A stretch of DNA of 64,000 nucleotides, from positions 128,001-192,000 of the forward strand of contig CBDBPB010000007.1 of the NCBI GenBank assembly GCA_965208615.1, given 5' to 3'. Position numbers and translations under genes: made by a program. This DNA comes from Spirochaetota bacterium (GTDB taxonomy: Bacteria; Spirochaetota; UBA6919; CBDBPB01). Every line of letters begins with the position of its first letter. The stretch's first letter is position 1. This document shows positions 1 to 13,550 of this stretch, piece after piece. The notes under the pieces were generated by a model. That model searched no databases. It saw nothing but the letters and a program-made list of their open reading frames with translations, and was not told the origin of the DNA.

Positions 1-144
1 AATCCCTACACCCCCTAAACTAACCTTACCTTTACGTGCATAAATATTTTTCTTAACTACTTTTACTCCCGTTGTTTTTTTTATAATGTTTATGGCCGCA
101 GTTACAAATGGATTAATAAAAAATGGTTTCATTTTTAATATCAT
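1..144 (-). CDS. cheX: Chemotaxis phosphatase CheX, 5' part (runs off the window)
   Basis: Manual translation MILKMKPFFINPFVTAAINIIKKTTGVKVVKKNIYARKGKVSLGGVGI shows the CheX N-terminal 'INPF..AA' motif. Confidence 0.65.
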   Translation of the reverse strand, partial: MILKMKPFFINPFVTAAINIIKKTTGVKVVKKNIYARKGKVSLGGVGI

Positions 145-489
145 AGATTTTTTTAATATAGACTTAACTTAACCTTCGGATAAAATTAAAATTATTATAG
201 TGTGTTTTTTTTATATTGTCGATAATAGAAAAATCTTGAGAAAATGTTAAATAGATAAATATTTTAAACTTTTTTATAAAAAGTCATAGGTTTTTATAAA
301 TATATAGAGTATATTTATAAAAAAAATAATATAATAAAAACCGTTTTAACAACTTTTAAGTCTTCTATACGCAGAATAAAGAGTTTTCTATTAAGTATAT
401 ATTAGTTTAATTGTCAAGGAAAAGTTTATCATAAGCTTTAAATACAAGTGTTTAGTATGCTTTAACATACAAATAGTGGGATAAAATAT

Positions 490-1878
490 ATGATTAAAAG
501 GTTTAGTATATTTTTTATACTGTTTTTTTTAATATTGGTATCATGCTCTAAGGACGTAAAAAAATCAGAATCCTTGAAGGAATCGCCCTTTATTACATTG
601 ATAAAACAAAAAGCGAATACCATTGTAAGGGAATTTGATTTATCTGTTAAAATTAATAAAAGTGATGCACTACATTTGATGTGGAGCGGGAATGGACTTG
701 TAAAAACTCAAAAAACGAAAAAACATAAATTAATAAAACATTTTACACATCCAATTAATTTTGCTAATATGCTAAAAGTATATTATGTGGATAAAAATGG
801 TATTTATCGTTATAACTATAATAAAAGTAATATAGAACTTGTCAAAAAGGGAGATTATCTTTCTTTTTTAAAGGTGCCAAAGTGGATTAGATATGATACT
901 CCAGCCCATATTTTTATCTCTATAAGGCCTGATAAAGAGAAAATGTTAAAAGGACTCTCTAATTATGAAGGAATATATAAGCAAAAATTATTAAATAAAA
1001 TTAAGAATACCATAGTTGATATATACTCTGATGACAGGATTAAAGAGTCGTCTCTTCTTGAGTTGGGAATGGCAGCTCAAAACATTATGCTGTTATCAAC
1101 TGCTTATAATTTTTCTTATTATCCAATTAGTTTTCAAGGTTCTTCAGAAAGACTAAAAAGTTATTTTAAATTAGATAAAAACGAAAAGCTGTTTTTGGCT
1201 ATTTCATTGGCATCCAAAAAAGATAAAAAGAAAAATAGTCTTTTTATTAACTATGTAACTAAATTAATAAAAAATGCTAAAAATCATTCTCCAACAAAGG
1301 CATTCAATAATTTAGCTCCTGTTAAGCTTGAGAATATTAAAAAACTATTATGGGTTGGTAATGGTATTATTAAAAAAACTATAGGAAATAAAAAAACATT
1401 TTTGTTTACTCATAGCACCCTGCTAAACTCGTTAATAGACCTTTATTACATAACTGATAAGAAACTTTATAAATATGATCCTATAGCTAATAAACTGCTA
1501 ACTAAAAAACATGGTGATTTTAGATATAGGCTAGGGCGTATGGTAACTAAATATAAGGCTCCTGGTGCAATTATTATTACAATAAAAAATAAGGTGCCAG
1601 AAGTAAAAAATCTTGTAGTACCCTCAAAAAGGACTATTAGGTATTATCAAAGGCTTTTTAAATATTCAAATGGCTTATATTATTCATCGATAATCCAGGC
1701 AGGTGGAGCTATTGAAAATATAAGGCTCCTGGCAACTGACTTTAATCTAGCTTATCAACTAATAGAAATACGTTTTAATGCTGCTAGAGAGAAAATGAGA
1801 AGGTTTTTGTCATTAGATGAGAATAACTTGCCGATTTTTATAATTCCCATAGGAAATAAGAAAAAACTAAATAATTAA
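490..1878 (+). CDS. Lipoprotein with two tandem nitroreductase-like domains
   Basis: Lipobox LVSC; motifs ELGMAAQNIMLLST and QAGGAIENIRLLAT; internal duplication (LMWSGNG / LLWVGNG). Confidence 0.6.
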   Translation: MIKRFSIFFILFFLILVSCSKDVKKSESLKESPFITLIKQKANTIVREFDLSVKINKSDALHLMWSGNGLVKTQKTKKHKLIKHFTHPINFANMLKVYYVDKNGIYRYNYNKSNIELVKKGDYLSFLKVPKWIRYDTPAHIFISIRPDKEKMLKGLSNYEGIYKQKLLNKIKNTIVDIYSDDRIKESSLLELGMAAQNIMLLSTAYNFSYYPISFQGSSERLKSYFKLDKNEKLFLAISLASKKDKKKNSLFINYVTKLIKNAKNHSPTKAFNNLAPVKLENIKKLLWVGNGIIKKTIGNKKTFLFTHSTLLNSLIDLYYITDKKLYKYDPIANKLLTKKHGDFRYRLGRMVTKYKAPGAIIITIKNKVPEVKNLVVPSKRTIRYYQRLFKYSNGLYYSSIIQAGGAIENIRLLATDFNLAYQLIEIRFNAAREKMRRFLSLDENNLPIFIIPIGNKKKLNN

Positions 1879-1888
1879 GAGATAAATT

Positions 1889-2851
1889 ATGCATAGGTTA
1901 ATTACATTTATATTATCTATTTGTTTTTTTATAACAGCTATAGAGCTTAGTTATTCTCAAACTGATACAGAAAAAGCAAATGATGGCTTAATAGAAATAC
2001 GAGAAAAAGAAGTAAAAGAAGTAGAAAAAATACTTAATCTTAGAAAAAAAGACTTAATAAATAATACTATTATGCCTTTATCCAAAATTGATAAGGGGAT
2101 TGCAAGAATAAAACAAGGGGATGGCAATTTCTTAAAAAAGATAACTTATATAAAATATCGCCTGTTTTTAAGAGGAGTAAATATTTACGCTCAGGCACTT
2201 AAAGTTCACCCTGTTGAGATCTTAAGTATAGATGATAAATTCGATACTGCTAACAGGTTAAATAATACTAAAAGGAATGATAATATTATTAAGGCTTTGA
2301 TTGGAGGTATTAAAAATAAAGATCCTAGGGTTCGCCTTAGTATTTCTTATTTTCTTAAAGAGATAGAATTTGATTATTATATAGAAGAAAAATTGTTTAA
2401 AATATTCAAAGAAGAAACAGTAGAAACTGGATATTATGTTTTTGTTGATCCAGAACTAAATGTTAGTGAAGCTAATCCACAGTTTGAGGTAGCATTAATA
2501 CAAAAATACCTTGAGAGAAAGAGATTAACTTTATTAATTAAAAGAAATGTTCTAAAGCCAAGTGATATGTCTAATATAAAGCGTTATTTTTTTATTCTTT
2601 TAACTGAGCGTATTGCTAATGAACCAAGTAATGAGATTCCATTAATATCTTTTGGAGCCAAAAAGATTGACTATTTTATTGCAGGGCTATTCAATAAAGA
2701 CTCATATATAAAAGGGAAGTGTGCTGAACATATATATTTATTATTTCCAAAGCTAAATAGTAAAAAGCAAAAAGAAATTAAAAAACTAATAGATAGGTTT
2801 TATGTATTAAAATTAATTTTTAGACAAAAAAGTAGAGAACGTTATGAATAA
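1889..2851 (+). CDS. Exported hypothetical protein, HEAT-repeat-like
   Basis: Signal peptide; [14 protein letters not shown] and [13 protein letters not shown] are HEAT-like segments. Confidence 0.5.
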   Translation: MHRLITFILSICFFITAIELSYSQTDTEKANDGLIEIREKEVKEVEKILNLRKKDLINNTIMPLSKIDKGIARIKQGDGNFLKKITYIKYRLFLRGVNIYAQALKVHPVEILSIDDKFDTANRLNNTKRNDNIIKALIGGIKNKDPRVRLSISYFLKEIEFDYYIEEKLFKIFKEETVETGYYVFVDPELNVSEANPQFEVALIQKYLERKRLTLLIKRNVLKPSDMSNIKRYFFILLTERIANEPSNEIPLISFGAKKIDYFIAGLFNKDSYIKGKCAEHIYLLFPKLNSKKQKEIKKLIDRFYVLKLIFRQKSRERYE

Positions 2852-3221
2852 AAGTCCTAACTTTGCTAAGTATAAGTTAATTCCGGTGATAATACAAGAT
2901 TTTAAAAGCTTAAAGGTTTTGATGTTGGCATATATGAATAGTGAAGCTTTTGAAAAAACTGTTAAAGAGAATATTGTTCATTTTTTTAGTAGGAGTAGGA
3001 ATGCCTTATGGAAAAAAGGTGAACAGTCTGGTAATATCCAAAAAGTTAAGCGTATTCTTTTTGATTGTGATGATGATACCTTAGTTATTCAGGTTGAGCA
3101 GATAGGGGATGCCTCATGTCATACAGGTCATTTAAGCTGTTTTTATAGAGAGCTAAAAGGTGATTCTTTTGAAGTTGTTGAACCTAAAATATTTGATCCT
3201 AATACGGTATATCGTAGTTAG
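2844..3221 (+). CDS. hisI: Phosphoribosyl-AMP cyclohydrolase
   Basis: [26 protein letters not shown] and CHTG..SCF motifs. Confidence 0.95.
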   Translation: MNKSPNFAKYKLIPVIIQDFKSLKVLMLAYMNSEAFEKTVKENIVHFFSRSRNALWKKGEQSGNIQKVKRILFDCDDDTLVIQVEQIGDASCHTGHLSCFYRELKGDSFEVVEPKIFDPNTVYRS

Positions 3222-3239
3222 AGTTTTTGGAACGGCTAA

Positions 3240-3809
3240 ATGAATAACTTTGGTACAGAATATATAGAAGAACTCGATAGCGAACAGCGAAAGATAATAC
3301 TTCCTGCAAAGGAAATACTTAAAAAAACTGGTCTTAAGCCAAATATGACTATTGCAGATATGGGCTGTGGAACCGGATTCTTTACTATTCCTGCTGCAAA
3401 TATCCTTGGAAATGAAGGTAAAGTTTATGCTTTTGATATTGAAAGAAAAATGCTTACTCGTCTTAGGATGAAAATTGAAAAACCAAATATTGTACCTATT
3501 TTAATAAATGGTGATAGCCTGCCTTTGAAAGATAAACTTTTAGATTATGTTCTTGTAGCGTTTGTTCTGAACGAGGTTGAGGATTTATCATTATTATTAG
3601 CTGAAATAAAAAGAGTTATAAAGCATAGTGGAATAATAACTATTATTGATTGGGTTACACTGCCTGAAGATGATAAAGCCCTTAAAAAAAAGCAAATAGA
3701 TCAAAATGATTTAGTATATTTGTTTAATGAAGGAAATATTAAAATCGAGCAAACTTATTTGCTGAATCCATCTCATTATCTTATTCAAGGCAAGGTTCAA
3801 CACTCTTAG
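3240..3809 (+). CDS. Class I SAM-dependent methyltransferase
   Basis: IADMGCGTG motif I; VYAFD. Confidence 0.85.
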   Translation: MNNFGTEYIEELDSEQRKIILPAKEILKKTGLKPNMTIADMGCGTGFFTIPAANILGNEGKVYAFDIERKMLTRLRMKIEKPNIVPILINGDSLPLKDKLLDYVLVAFVLNEVEDLSLLLAEIKRVIKHSGIITIIDWVTLPEDDKALKKKQIDQNDLVYLFNEGNIKIEQTYLLNPSHYLIQGKVQHS

Positions 3810-3875
3810 ACTAAAAAATAATAGAATAATGGGGATTTATAATAATTTGTTAATAGCTAAAATAAATACACTGAT

Positions 3876-4889
3876 TTGGAGGTAGTTATGGCTGATAATA
3901 GATTTAAAGCTATGAAGGTGTTTGAAAGCGACGATGGAAAGTTTAATAGAGAGATTGTTACTAAAGAAATAGATGAGTTACCCCAAAATGATGTTCTAAT
4001 TAAGGTGTGTTATTCTTCATTAAATTATAAGGATGCACTTTCTGCAACAGGACATAAGGGGATTACTAGGAACTTTCCACATACACCGGGCATTGATGCG
4101 GCTGGTACGGTCGTTGATAGCAAAAATAATAGCTTTAGAGTTGGTGATGAGGTTATAGTAATTGGTTTTGATTTAGGTATGAATACATCGGGTGGATTTG
4201 CACAGTATATTAGGGTTCCGTCTTCGTGGATAGTTAAGCTTCCTGAAAACTTATCCCTAAAAGAGAGTATGATTTATGGTACAGCAGGTTTTACTGCTGC
4301 TTTATCCATTTACAAGTTAGAGTTGAATGGTGTTAGGCCGGGAACAGGAGAAATATTAGTAACTGGGGCTACTGGCGGAGTAGGATCTATGGCTGTTGCT
4401 ATGCTTAGTCATATAGGGTATGAGGTAGTAGCTGTAACTGGAAAACACTCAGAAAAAGACTTTTTAAGAAAAATAGGAGCCAAAACTATTATAAGTAGAG
4501 AAGAGGCAGATGATACAAAAGAAAAACCTCTACTAAAAGAGAGATGGGCAGGAGTAATAGATACTGTAGGAGGAAGGATACTTTCTACTGCCATAAAGTC
4601 TACTAAATATGGAGCTAGTGTAACCTGTTGTGGTATGATTACTTCTACAGAGCTAAAATCTACAATATTTCCGTTTATTTTGAGGGGAGTTAATTTATTA
4701 GGTATAGCGTCATCAGACTCTACTTTAGAAGAAAAAAGAGAAATATGGTCAAAGATTTCATCTGAATGGAAGTTAAATAATTTAGATTATATTCATAGGG
4801 AGTGTGCATTAGAGAGCGTTATAGATGAAATACCAGTAATCTTAGACGGCAAGTTAAGAGGGAGGATAGTTATAAATTTATTAAGCTAA
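3876..4889 (+). CDS. acuI: YhdH/AcuI-family quinone oxidoreductase (MDR); probable start 3888
   Basis: YSSLNYKD, PGIDAAG, VTGATGGVGS, PFILRGV; RBS GGAGG before ATG 3888. Confidence 0.85.
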   Translation: MEVVMADNRFKAMKVFESDDGKFNREIVTKEIDELPQNDVLIKVCYSSLNYKDALSATGHKGITRNFPHTPGIDAAGTVVDSKNNSFRVGDEVIVIGFDLGMNTSGGFAQYIRVPSSWIVKLPENLSLKESMIYGTAGFTAALSIYKLELNGVRPGTGEILVTGATGGVGSMAVAMLSHIGYEVVAVTGKHSEKDFLRKIGAKTIISREEADDTKEKPLLKERWAGVIDTVGGRILSTAIKSTKYGASVTCCGMITSTELKSTIFPFILRGVNLLGIASSDSTLEEKREIWSKISSEWKLNNLDYIHRECALESVIDEIPVILDGKLRGRIVINLLS

Positions 4890-4968
4890 CTAATATTAAT
4901 CAACTATTTTATATTTTTACTTTAGCTATTTGCTGACTTTAAAATACGTTAGTTAGCTCTAAAAGTTA

Positions 4969-5328
4969 TTATATAATATATAGCTCGGGTTTTTCAAAGA
5001 AAATGGATGTTCCTTTAAGACAGCCAATAAACTTATTGTCTTTATCAAATATTTTACCAGAACTTATAATATATCCTTTAAGTTTTTCGAATTTATTATA
5101 AATAAGTCCTATTTCATTGATATATCCACCATAGTTGTGGTTGATGTCAAAAATAGTACCATCATTAAGGGTATATCCAAAGTAATTTAGTTTTTCGTCT
5201 TCAAAAAAGCAATTGGATGCTTTGTCGTGACAAATATCTTTTTGTTCATTAAGGTTATTATCAATTAGCATGCTACTAAAACTGAAGTCGCTATAAGTAA
5301 TATCCATTAAATATGTCTCCGCTAACAA
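4969..5328 (-). CDS. Hypothetical protein with short beta repeats
   Basis: ORF with repeated G-I-[YF]-D/N...G-Y units. Confidence 0.45.
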   Translation of the reverse strand: MLAETYLMDITYSDFSFSSMLIDNNLNEQKDICHDKASNCFFEDEKLNYFGYTLNDGTIFDINHNYGGYINEIGLIYNKFEKLKGYIISSGKIFDKDNKFIGCLKGTSIFFEKPELYII

Positions 5329-5748
5329 ATAAAATATATTAAGTAATATATACTCTTATTTTAAAGATGGCAAAAACAAGCCTATTAGTCAATATAAATT
5401 TATTTTTATATAGATTTAGCTATCTTTTGGTATATTATGTCAATATATAATAAATCTAAGAAGTTAGTCTAGTGTTTTGCGGAATAGCAAATAATATTAC
5501 TAATACGTTTCAGCATAATACTTTACTTTTTTTGTTCTAAAAAGGAATGAAAACATATCTTAACATTATATGTTAATTAGCATATTATAAAATTATAATC
5601 TTTTTTAACTAGTTAAAGTTATGCTTAAGCTTTTTATTATATTCTAATTGGTTATACCTTCTGGATATTTGTTCGAAGTTATATTTTTGCTAACTCTATG
5701 TTGTATATAAGTGAGAATCTTTGTATTAAATAATATAAAAATTAATGT

Positions 5749-8153
<2,405 letters not shown>

Positions 8154-8183
8154 AGCTAAAGATTTTATACTTGTAGTTTTGGT

Positions 8184-9572
8184 TTAGAATTGGGTTGCAA
8201 AGTATTCTTTTAGGTTATTTATTGCTATTCGTTCTTGATTCATTGAGTCTCTTTCTCTTATGGTAACTTTTTGATCGTCTTCTATTGTTTGGAAGTCTAC
8301 GGTTATACAAAATGGAGTACCTATTTCATCTTGTCGTCTATAGAGCTTGCCTATACTACCTGTATCGTCGTATTGAACATGATAATCATCTTTTAACATG
8401 TTGAATATTTCTCTAGCTTTAGCTTTGATACGTTGTTCATTGCGTTTTAGGGGTAGGATAGCTATTTTGATTGGTGCTAAACGGCGATCTAGCTTTAGTA
8501 AGTTTCTAGTACCCTTTTCAAGTTTCTCTTCTTCGAATGCGGCCGATAAGAAAGCTAAGAATGCTCTATCTGCACCAAAAGACGGCTCAATTACATATGG
8601 TATATATTTTTCATTTGTATCTGTATCATGGTAGTTTAGTTCATCGTTACTAAAGTTTGAATGTTGAGTTAGGTCAAAGCTGGTACGAGAGGCTATTCCT
8701 TCGAGTTCTCCCCAGCCAAAGGGAAAGTTAAATTCTATATCAACGGTTTTGTTGGAGTAGTGTGATAGTTCATCTTTGCTGTGTTCTCTTAGTCTCAATT
8801 TATTTTTGTTAATGCCAAGCCCAACAAACCAGTTCATAGACTCTTCTACAAGGTGATCAAGGGTAGTAAACTCTGTTCCTGGTTTGACAAAGTATTCTAT
8901 TTCCATTTGTTCAAATTCTCTTGTTCTAAATATGAAGTTACCTGGAGTGATTTCGTTTCTAAATGATTTTCCTATTTGTGCTATTCCAAAGGGTATCTTT
9001 TTTCTTGATGTTCTTAATATGTTTTTAAAGTTTACGAATATGCCTTGTGCGGTTTCTGGACGTAGATATAATTCAGTACTTTTATCTTCTATTACGCCTT
9101 GGAAGGTTTTAAACATAAGGTTAAACTCTCTTAGTTCAGTAAAGTTGTGGTTACCGCAGCTAGGACATGGTATTTTATTATCTTTAATGATGTTGGATAA
9201 TTCATCTATGGTTTTACCTGCCATATCTATTTTTAGTTTTTGTTCAATTAGGTGATCGGCTCTAAAGCGTTCTTTACAGTTTTTGCAGTCTATTAGGGGA
9301 TCAGAAAATGAGCCAATATGTCCACTTGCCTCCCATACTTTTGGATGCATTAATATTGCACAGTCCAGTCCTACCATATCCTCTTTATTTTGTACAAAGT
9401 CTTTCCACCACTGATTTTTGATATTATTTTTTAGTTCAACTCCAAGGGGACCATAGTCCCAAGTATTTGCTAGTCCGCCGTATATCTCAGAGCCTGGGAA
9501 TATAATTCCTCTTTGTTTACAAATAGAAATCATTTTTTTCATAATGTCTTCAGTCATCAGAACCTCATTCAT
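8184..9572 (-). CDS. glyQS: Glycine--tRNA ligase (alpha2 type)
   Basis: DYGPLG, LRPETAQG, FRNEITP, FRTREFEQME, IEPSFG, YRRQDEIGTP. Confidence 0.96.
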   Translation of the reverse strand: MNEVLMTEDIMKKMISICKQRGIIFPGSEIYGGLANTWDYGPLGVELKNNIKNQWWKDFVQNKEDMVGLDCAILMHPKVWEASGHIGSFSDPLIDCKNCKERFRADHLIEQKLKIDMAGKTIDELSNIIKDNKIPCPSCGNHNFTELREFNLMFKTFQGVIEDKSTELYLRPETAQGIFVNFKNILRTSRKKIPFGIAQIGKSFRNEITPGNFIFRTREFEQMEIEYFVKPGTEFTTLDHLVEESMNWFVGLGINKNKLRLREHSKDELSHYSNKTVDIEFNFPFGWGELEGIASRTSFDLTQHSNFSNDELNYHDTDTNEKYIPYVIEPSFGADRAFLAFLSAAFEEEKLEKGTRNLLKLDRRLAPIKIAILPLKRNEQRIKAKAREIFNMLKDDYHVQYDDTGSIGKLYRRQDEIGTPFCITVDFQTIEDDQKVTIRERDSMNQERIAINNLKEYFATQF

Positions 9573-9792
9573 AAGTTAGTTAATCTTAGAGATATGTGTT
9601 ATAATAAGATTATATAATCGTAGTAACAGGTTATGGTAAAAGCTTTATTGTTTGCCGTAATTGTTAGGATAAAATATAACAATTTTGAGCATAATTAGCA
9701 AAATGATAAGTTAAAATCTCAAAGATTAAAGTATAACCACAGATCATTTTTAGTAATGTTTTTTTGCTATTTGAATATTATTCTTAAAAGGG

Positions 9793-10062
9793 CTAATTCT
9801 TAGATATACGGTTTGCCAAAAAGTTATATAGCCATGCAAATATAGCTCCACTGATTGCACCATCAACGAGTCCCCATATTAGCCCGTATATACTACCCAT
9901 AGGACTAATATTATAACCTCTATATATTTTAGCAATAATAGTAGGTTCATTGGTTATGCCGTCAAATAGGATTATCCACCATGTTATACCGAATATGGTT
10001 AATCCTAGTGTTATACCAAAGGTTATGCTAAAAGCTTTAATATTTAGTTTCATATTAATCAC
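9793..10062 (-). CDS. Small two-TM membrane protein
   Basis: Hydrophobic ORF with GY..S..G...G..WG.VDG...G..FAWLYN motif. Confidence 0.6.
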   Translation of the reverse strand: MINMKLNIKAFSITFGITLGLTIFGITWWIILFDGITNEPTIIAKIYRGYNISPMGSIYGLIWGLVDGAISGAIFAWLYNFLANRISKN

Positions 10063-10162
10063 CTATTAATAGTGGATTAATAAAAATAGCCTTATAAGTA
10101 TGTTGCTAATTTATTGTTATATATAACGGTTATATTTTTTGGTTTTAGATCATAATTTAATG

Positions 10163-11137
10163 CTAATAGTTTTCTTCAATAAACTTCTCTGCATCCAAAG
10201 CAGCCATACATCCAGTACCAGCGGCGGTAATAGCCTGCTTATATAGTGTATCTTGAACATCACCACAGGCAAATACACCTGGTATAGAGGTTTCAGTGAG
10301 TTTAGTTGGATTTTTTTTAGTAATAATAAATCCTTTATTATCGAGGTCAATTTGTCCTTTGAATATTGAGGTGTTTGGAGTATGTCCTATTGCAAGAAAG
10401 ATGCCGTCACACTTTTCTATAAAGGTATTATTGGTTTTAACGTTTTTTAATAATGCACCTGTAACTTTTTGCTGTTTAATGTCTAGCACATCTTCTACAA
10501 CAGTATCCCAAATAACGGAGGCTTTATTAGTTTTAAACAATCTGTTCTGCATAATATGTGATGCTCTAAGTTTATTTCTTCTGTGTACTAGTTTAACCTC
10601 ACTTGCAAACTTAGTTAAGAATATAGCTTCTTCAATGGCAGAGTCTCCTCCACCAATCACTATAACCTTTTTATTTTTAAAAAAGAAGCCATCACAGGTT
10701 GCACATGCGGATACTCCTCTACCTATTAGTTTTAGTTCATTTTCTAGTCCTAGATAGTTAGCAGAGGCTCCGGTAGCTATAATTATAGTTTTAGTTTCAA
10801 TTTGTTCACGGTTGTCTATTTTTAGTGTAAAAGGATTTGTATTAAGGTTGACTTGTGTAACATCACCTGCTTTAGTTTTGGTACCGAATTTTATAGCTTG
10901 ATTTTTCATTTTATCAATGATTTCAGGCCCCATAACACCATCAGGAAAGCCAGGGAAGTTTTCCACATCATTAGTTGTCATAAGCTGTCCACCACTTGCT
11001 ATGCCTTCAATCAAAAGTGGATTAAGACTAGCTCGGGCGGTATAGATAGCGGCTGTATATCCAGCTGGACCAGAGCCAATAATGACAACTTCTTTTTTCA
11101 TTCTTCCTCCAAAAGCTTTTTGTATACTTGTTAGCAA
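10163..11137 (-). CDS. trxB: Thioredoxin reductase (probable start 11101)
   Basis: GSGPAG, CATCDG, GGGDSA, GVFACGD, QAITAAG. Confidence 0.97.
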   Translation of the reverse strand: MLTSIQKAFGGRMKKEVVIIGSGPAGYTAAIYTARASLNPLLIEGIASGGQLMTTNDVENFPGFPDGVMGPEIIDKMKNQAIKFGTKTKAGDVTQVNLNTNPFTLKIDNREQIETKTIIIATGASANYLGLENELKLIGRGVSACATCDGFFFKNKKVIVIGGGDSAIEEAIFLTKFASEVKLVHRRNKLRASHIMQNRLFKTNKASVIWDTVVEDVLDIKQQKVTGALLKNVKTNNTFIEKCDGIFLAIGHTPNTSIFKGQIDLDNKGFIITKKNPTKLTETSIPGVFACGDVQDTLYKQAITAAGTGCMAALDAEKFIEENY

Positions 11138-11526
11138 ACGTTCTAATAAATATAATAAAAAGCGTTCTATGATAATTTAACAAAATTAGATTGAAAAGTA
11201 TACTAATATTTGCGGTTTATTAGTTGGTACGGTTTTTGATGGCATAATCTATTTTTATTAATAGTCCGTTTTGATTAGTATGAAAAAAGGTTATAGGATA
11301 ACGTTTTAAGTTAGGATGGCTTATTATACGCGGGGATTTTACTGAAATATGCCTAATCAATTAGTTATTAATTTTATAATAGCTTTAAGAAAATTAATAA
11401 TATCATATTAAGATATTTAAAGGCTAACACAGGAGTCTTAGATTATCCATCATGACTCCTTTTTTTGAACTTGGCTTTGATGCTTGTCTTAAGCTGGATT
11501 ACTTACACAACCTTTGCATTATATAA

Positions 11527-12936
11527 CTAACCCACCTTCTCAATGAAGATTTGAGCATAGATAGCCTTAAGACCAGTGGGAGGTGTACGTCTATTAGAGG
11601 ATGCTACGCCTAACGTTTCTTTGGGATTTGGAGCTTCCTTTAGAACATAGTGCTCTAGTTTAAAGTTGTCATCTGAAGAGATATTCAATACCCCTATCAA
11701 ATGCGATCTTGTTTGTACACTTTCAATATCAGAATACTCCCATGAGCCGTTTATTGTTTTTCCTCTATCGCTTTTAATTCTAAAAGTGTGCTTTTGTACT
11801 CGAATAGCTGGTGCAGAAGCTCGAATTTTATATATCCCTTTTGGTAATGTAAATTCGTTTTTAGGCTTATCTAATTTTAATCCTGCTATGTTAGTGTCTA
11901 TTTTGTTTAGCTCTCTAGTTGTCCAGGCATTATCTTTAGCTTCACCACCACCTATTCCCATGTGTCTATTTACATCAAGTTCATGCCATATTTTAGCGTA
12001 TTCATATTTTAGCTTTGGTGGAGTGATGGCACCATTAGCTATCTTAGCCGTTTTGATAGCATTATCAGCTACCTTAGTCTTTGTGATGGCACCATTAGCT
12101 ATTTTAGGCGTTGTGATGGCCTCACTATCTACCTTATCCTTTGTGATGGCACCATTAGCTATCTTATTCGTTGTGATGGCATCATCAGCTACCTTAGCCC
12201 TTATGATGGTATTATCAGGTATCTTATCCGTTGTGATGGCACCATTAGCTATTTTAGGCGTTGTGATGGCACCATCAGCTACCTTAGCCGTTTTGATGGC
12301 TTCATTAGCTATTTTAGGCGTTGTGATGGCACCATCAGCTACCTTAGCCGTTTTGATGGCTTCATCAGGGATCTTACTTTCTATAACAGTATCGTCTGCT
12401 ATCTCATAAACGCCTTTTTTTAGCGTTGACTTTTGTCTGGTGATTTCTATTTTTTTATAAGTCCCGTCTGATATGGCTTTTATGATTATCTTTCCGCATA
12501 AAACGCCATGTTCACTTTTATGCTCGTGATCATTAGTATCTTTAACAAGGCTTATTTCAGCAGCAAAACTGCTGTACTCATGCTCTTTAGTAAAAGGGTC
12601 TTCTGATATTTCAGTAGTCTTTACGTCCTCAACAGCTTTTAGGTATACATAGTACTCACCGTACTCAGAGGGCATTGAATGGGTTTTATCCTTGTCTAAA
12701 GAGGCATAATTTCCATTGTAATAAAATCCGTTAGGACAGCTTGTTATTTTTATTTTATCGGTACCTACGGTTTCTATTAATCCGTGATCAGTACCAAGGG
12801 GAGTGCAAAAGCCATCGGTCATATACTTTTCTACATTTCTTTTGATACGACTGCTAAGCTCATCCATAGTGTTAGTCCAATCTGTATCGAAAAACTTTAT
12901 AGGCTTATCCAGATTCCCAAGTTTTAAATATCCCAT
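11527..12936 (-). CDS. Tail fibre C: shared N-terminal anchor, 10-aa repeat shaft, beta-sandwich head
   Basis: N-terminus shared with the other two fibres; AITTxKIANG repeats; distinct C-terminus (FTLPKGIYKIRASAP). Confidence 0.75.
   Translation of the reverse strand: MGYLKLGNLDKPIKFFDTDWTNTMDELSSRIKRNVEKYMTDGFCTPLGTDHGLIETVGTDKIKITSCPNGFYYNGNYASLDKDKTHSMPSEYGEYYVYLKAVEDVKTTEISEDPFTKEHEYSSFAAEISLVKDTNDHEHKSEHGVLCGKIIIKAISDGTYKKIEITRQKSTLKKGVYEIADDTVIESKIPDEAIKTAKVADGAITTPKIANEAIKTAKVADGAITTPKIANGAITTDKIPDNTIIRAKVADDAITTNKIANGAITKDKVDSEAITTPKIANGAITKTKVADNAIKTAKIANGAITPPKLKYEYAKIWHELDVNRHMGIGGGEAKDNAWTTRELNKIDTNIAGLKLDKPKNEFTLPKGIYKIRASAPAIRVQKHTFRIKSDRGKTINGSWEYSDIESVQTRSHLIGVLNISSDDNFKLEHYVLKEAPNPKETLGVASSNRRTPPTGLKAIYAQIFIEKVG
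12020..12400 (-). repeat. 30-bp tandem repeats encoding AI(T/K)TxK(I/V)A(N/D)x
   Basis: ttgtgatggcaccattagctat-type units recur every 30 nt. Confidence 0.9.
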
Positions 12937-12962
12937 GTTATATCCTTTAATGAATAAAATTT

Positions 12963-13532
12963 CTAATCCATGTTTATAATGTTTTTAATTTTGTTGTTAT
13001 ATGTGATCCACTTGCTTAAATTAGAATTGGGATCACGAGTTAAAGTTTTTAGCTTTCTCTTTAAGGATGACATTGTAAGAGAGTGCATTATTGTATTAAT
13101 GAGGGTATCCATAGCCTTACGGTTTAGAGATAGTTCTTTGGATGTCTCAAAAGCCTCAGCTATATTAGTTTTAGCCCTTAACTTTTTCTGATCAACATAG
13201 TCAGGATGATTTTTGATTTCTTGATCACTTCGTTTTTTTACGGTTACCTTCATGTTAGGTAGTTCTGAATGATATTTCTTTCTTCGATGATATTTTTCGT
13301 AATCATCTATATGGTGATATTCCTTTCTTAGTCTTGGATCATATTTTTCATAATCCTCATGATCAAGGTTTTCCATAGTATTTGGGTCTATGTAGTACAC
13401 ATATACGTCGTCTTTTATTGGATTAAATTGTTCGTCAAAGACATCTGGATTATTAACTAAAATATAATCCCCATACCGTCCTCTATGATCAATGTCAACA
13501 ACGTTGTTATTATTATCTATTCTTACAAACAT
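12963..13532 (-). CDS. Hypothetical phage protein, possible fibre assembly chaperone
   Basis: Lies between two fibre genes; RBS AGAGGG. Confidence 0.5.
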   Translation of the reverse strand: MFVRIDNNNNVVDIDHRGRYGDYILVNNPDVFDEQFNPIKDDVYVYYIDPNTMENLDHEDYEKYDPRLRKEYHHIDDYEKYHRRKKYHSELPNMKVTVKKRSDQEIKNHPDYVDQKKLRAKTNIAEAFETSKELSLNRKAMDTLINTIMHSLTMSSLKRKLKTLTRDPNSNLSKWITYNNKIKNIINMD

Positions 13533-13550
13533 AATTCCCTCTTTTTATAT

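Noticed and set aside
5330-5748. oriC upstream of dciA-gyrB
   Set aside because: AT-rich, but no cluster of TTATCCACA boxes and no dnaA
9793-10062. Holin belonging to the element
   Set aside because: This family is often auto-labelled as holin, but it is separated from the element by trxB and the element has its own holin candidates
11431-11467. Terminator of the fibre operon (aggagtc...gactcct hairpin)
   Set aside because: The T-tract is on the plus strand, opposite to fibre transcription, and the loop is long; function uncertain
11666-12409. Antisense ORFs over repeats (also 14683-15096, 17612-17956, 34670-37165 minus strand)
   Set aside because: Shadow frames produced by stop-free repeats on the coding strand
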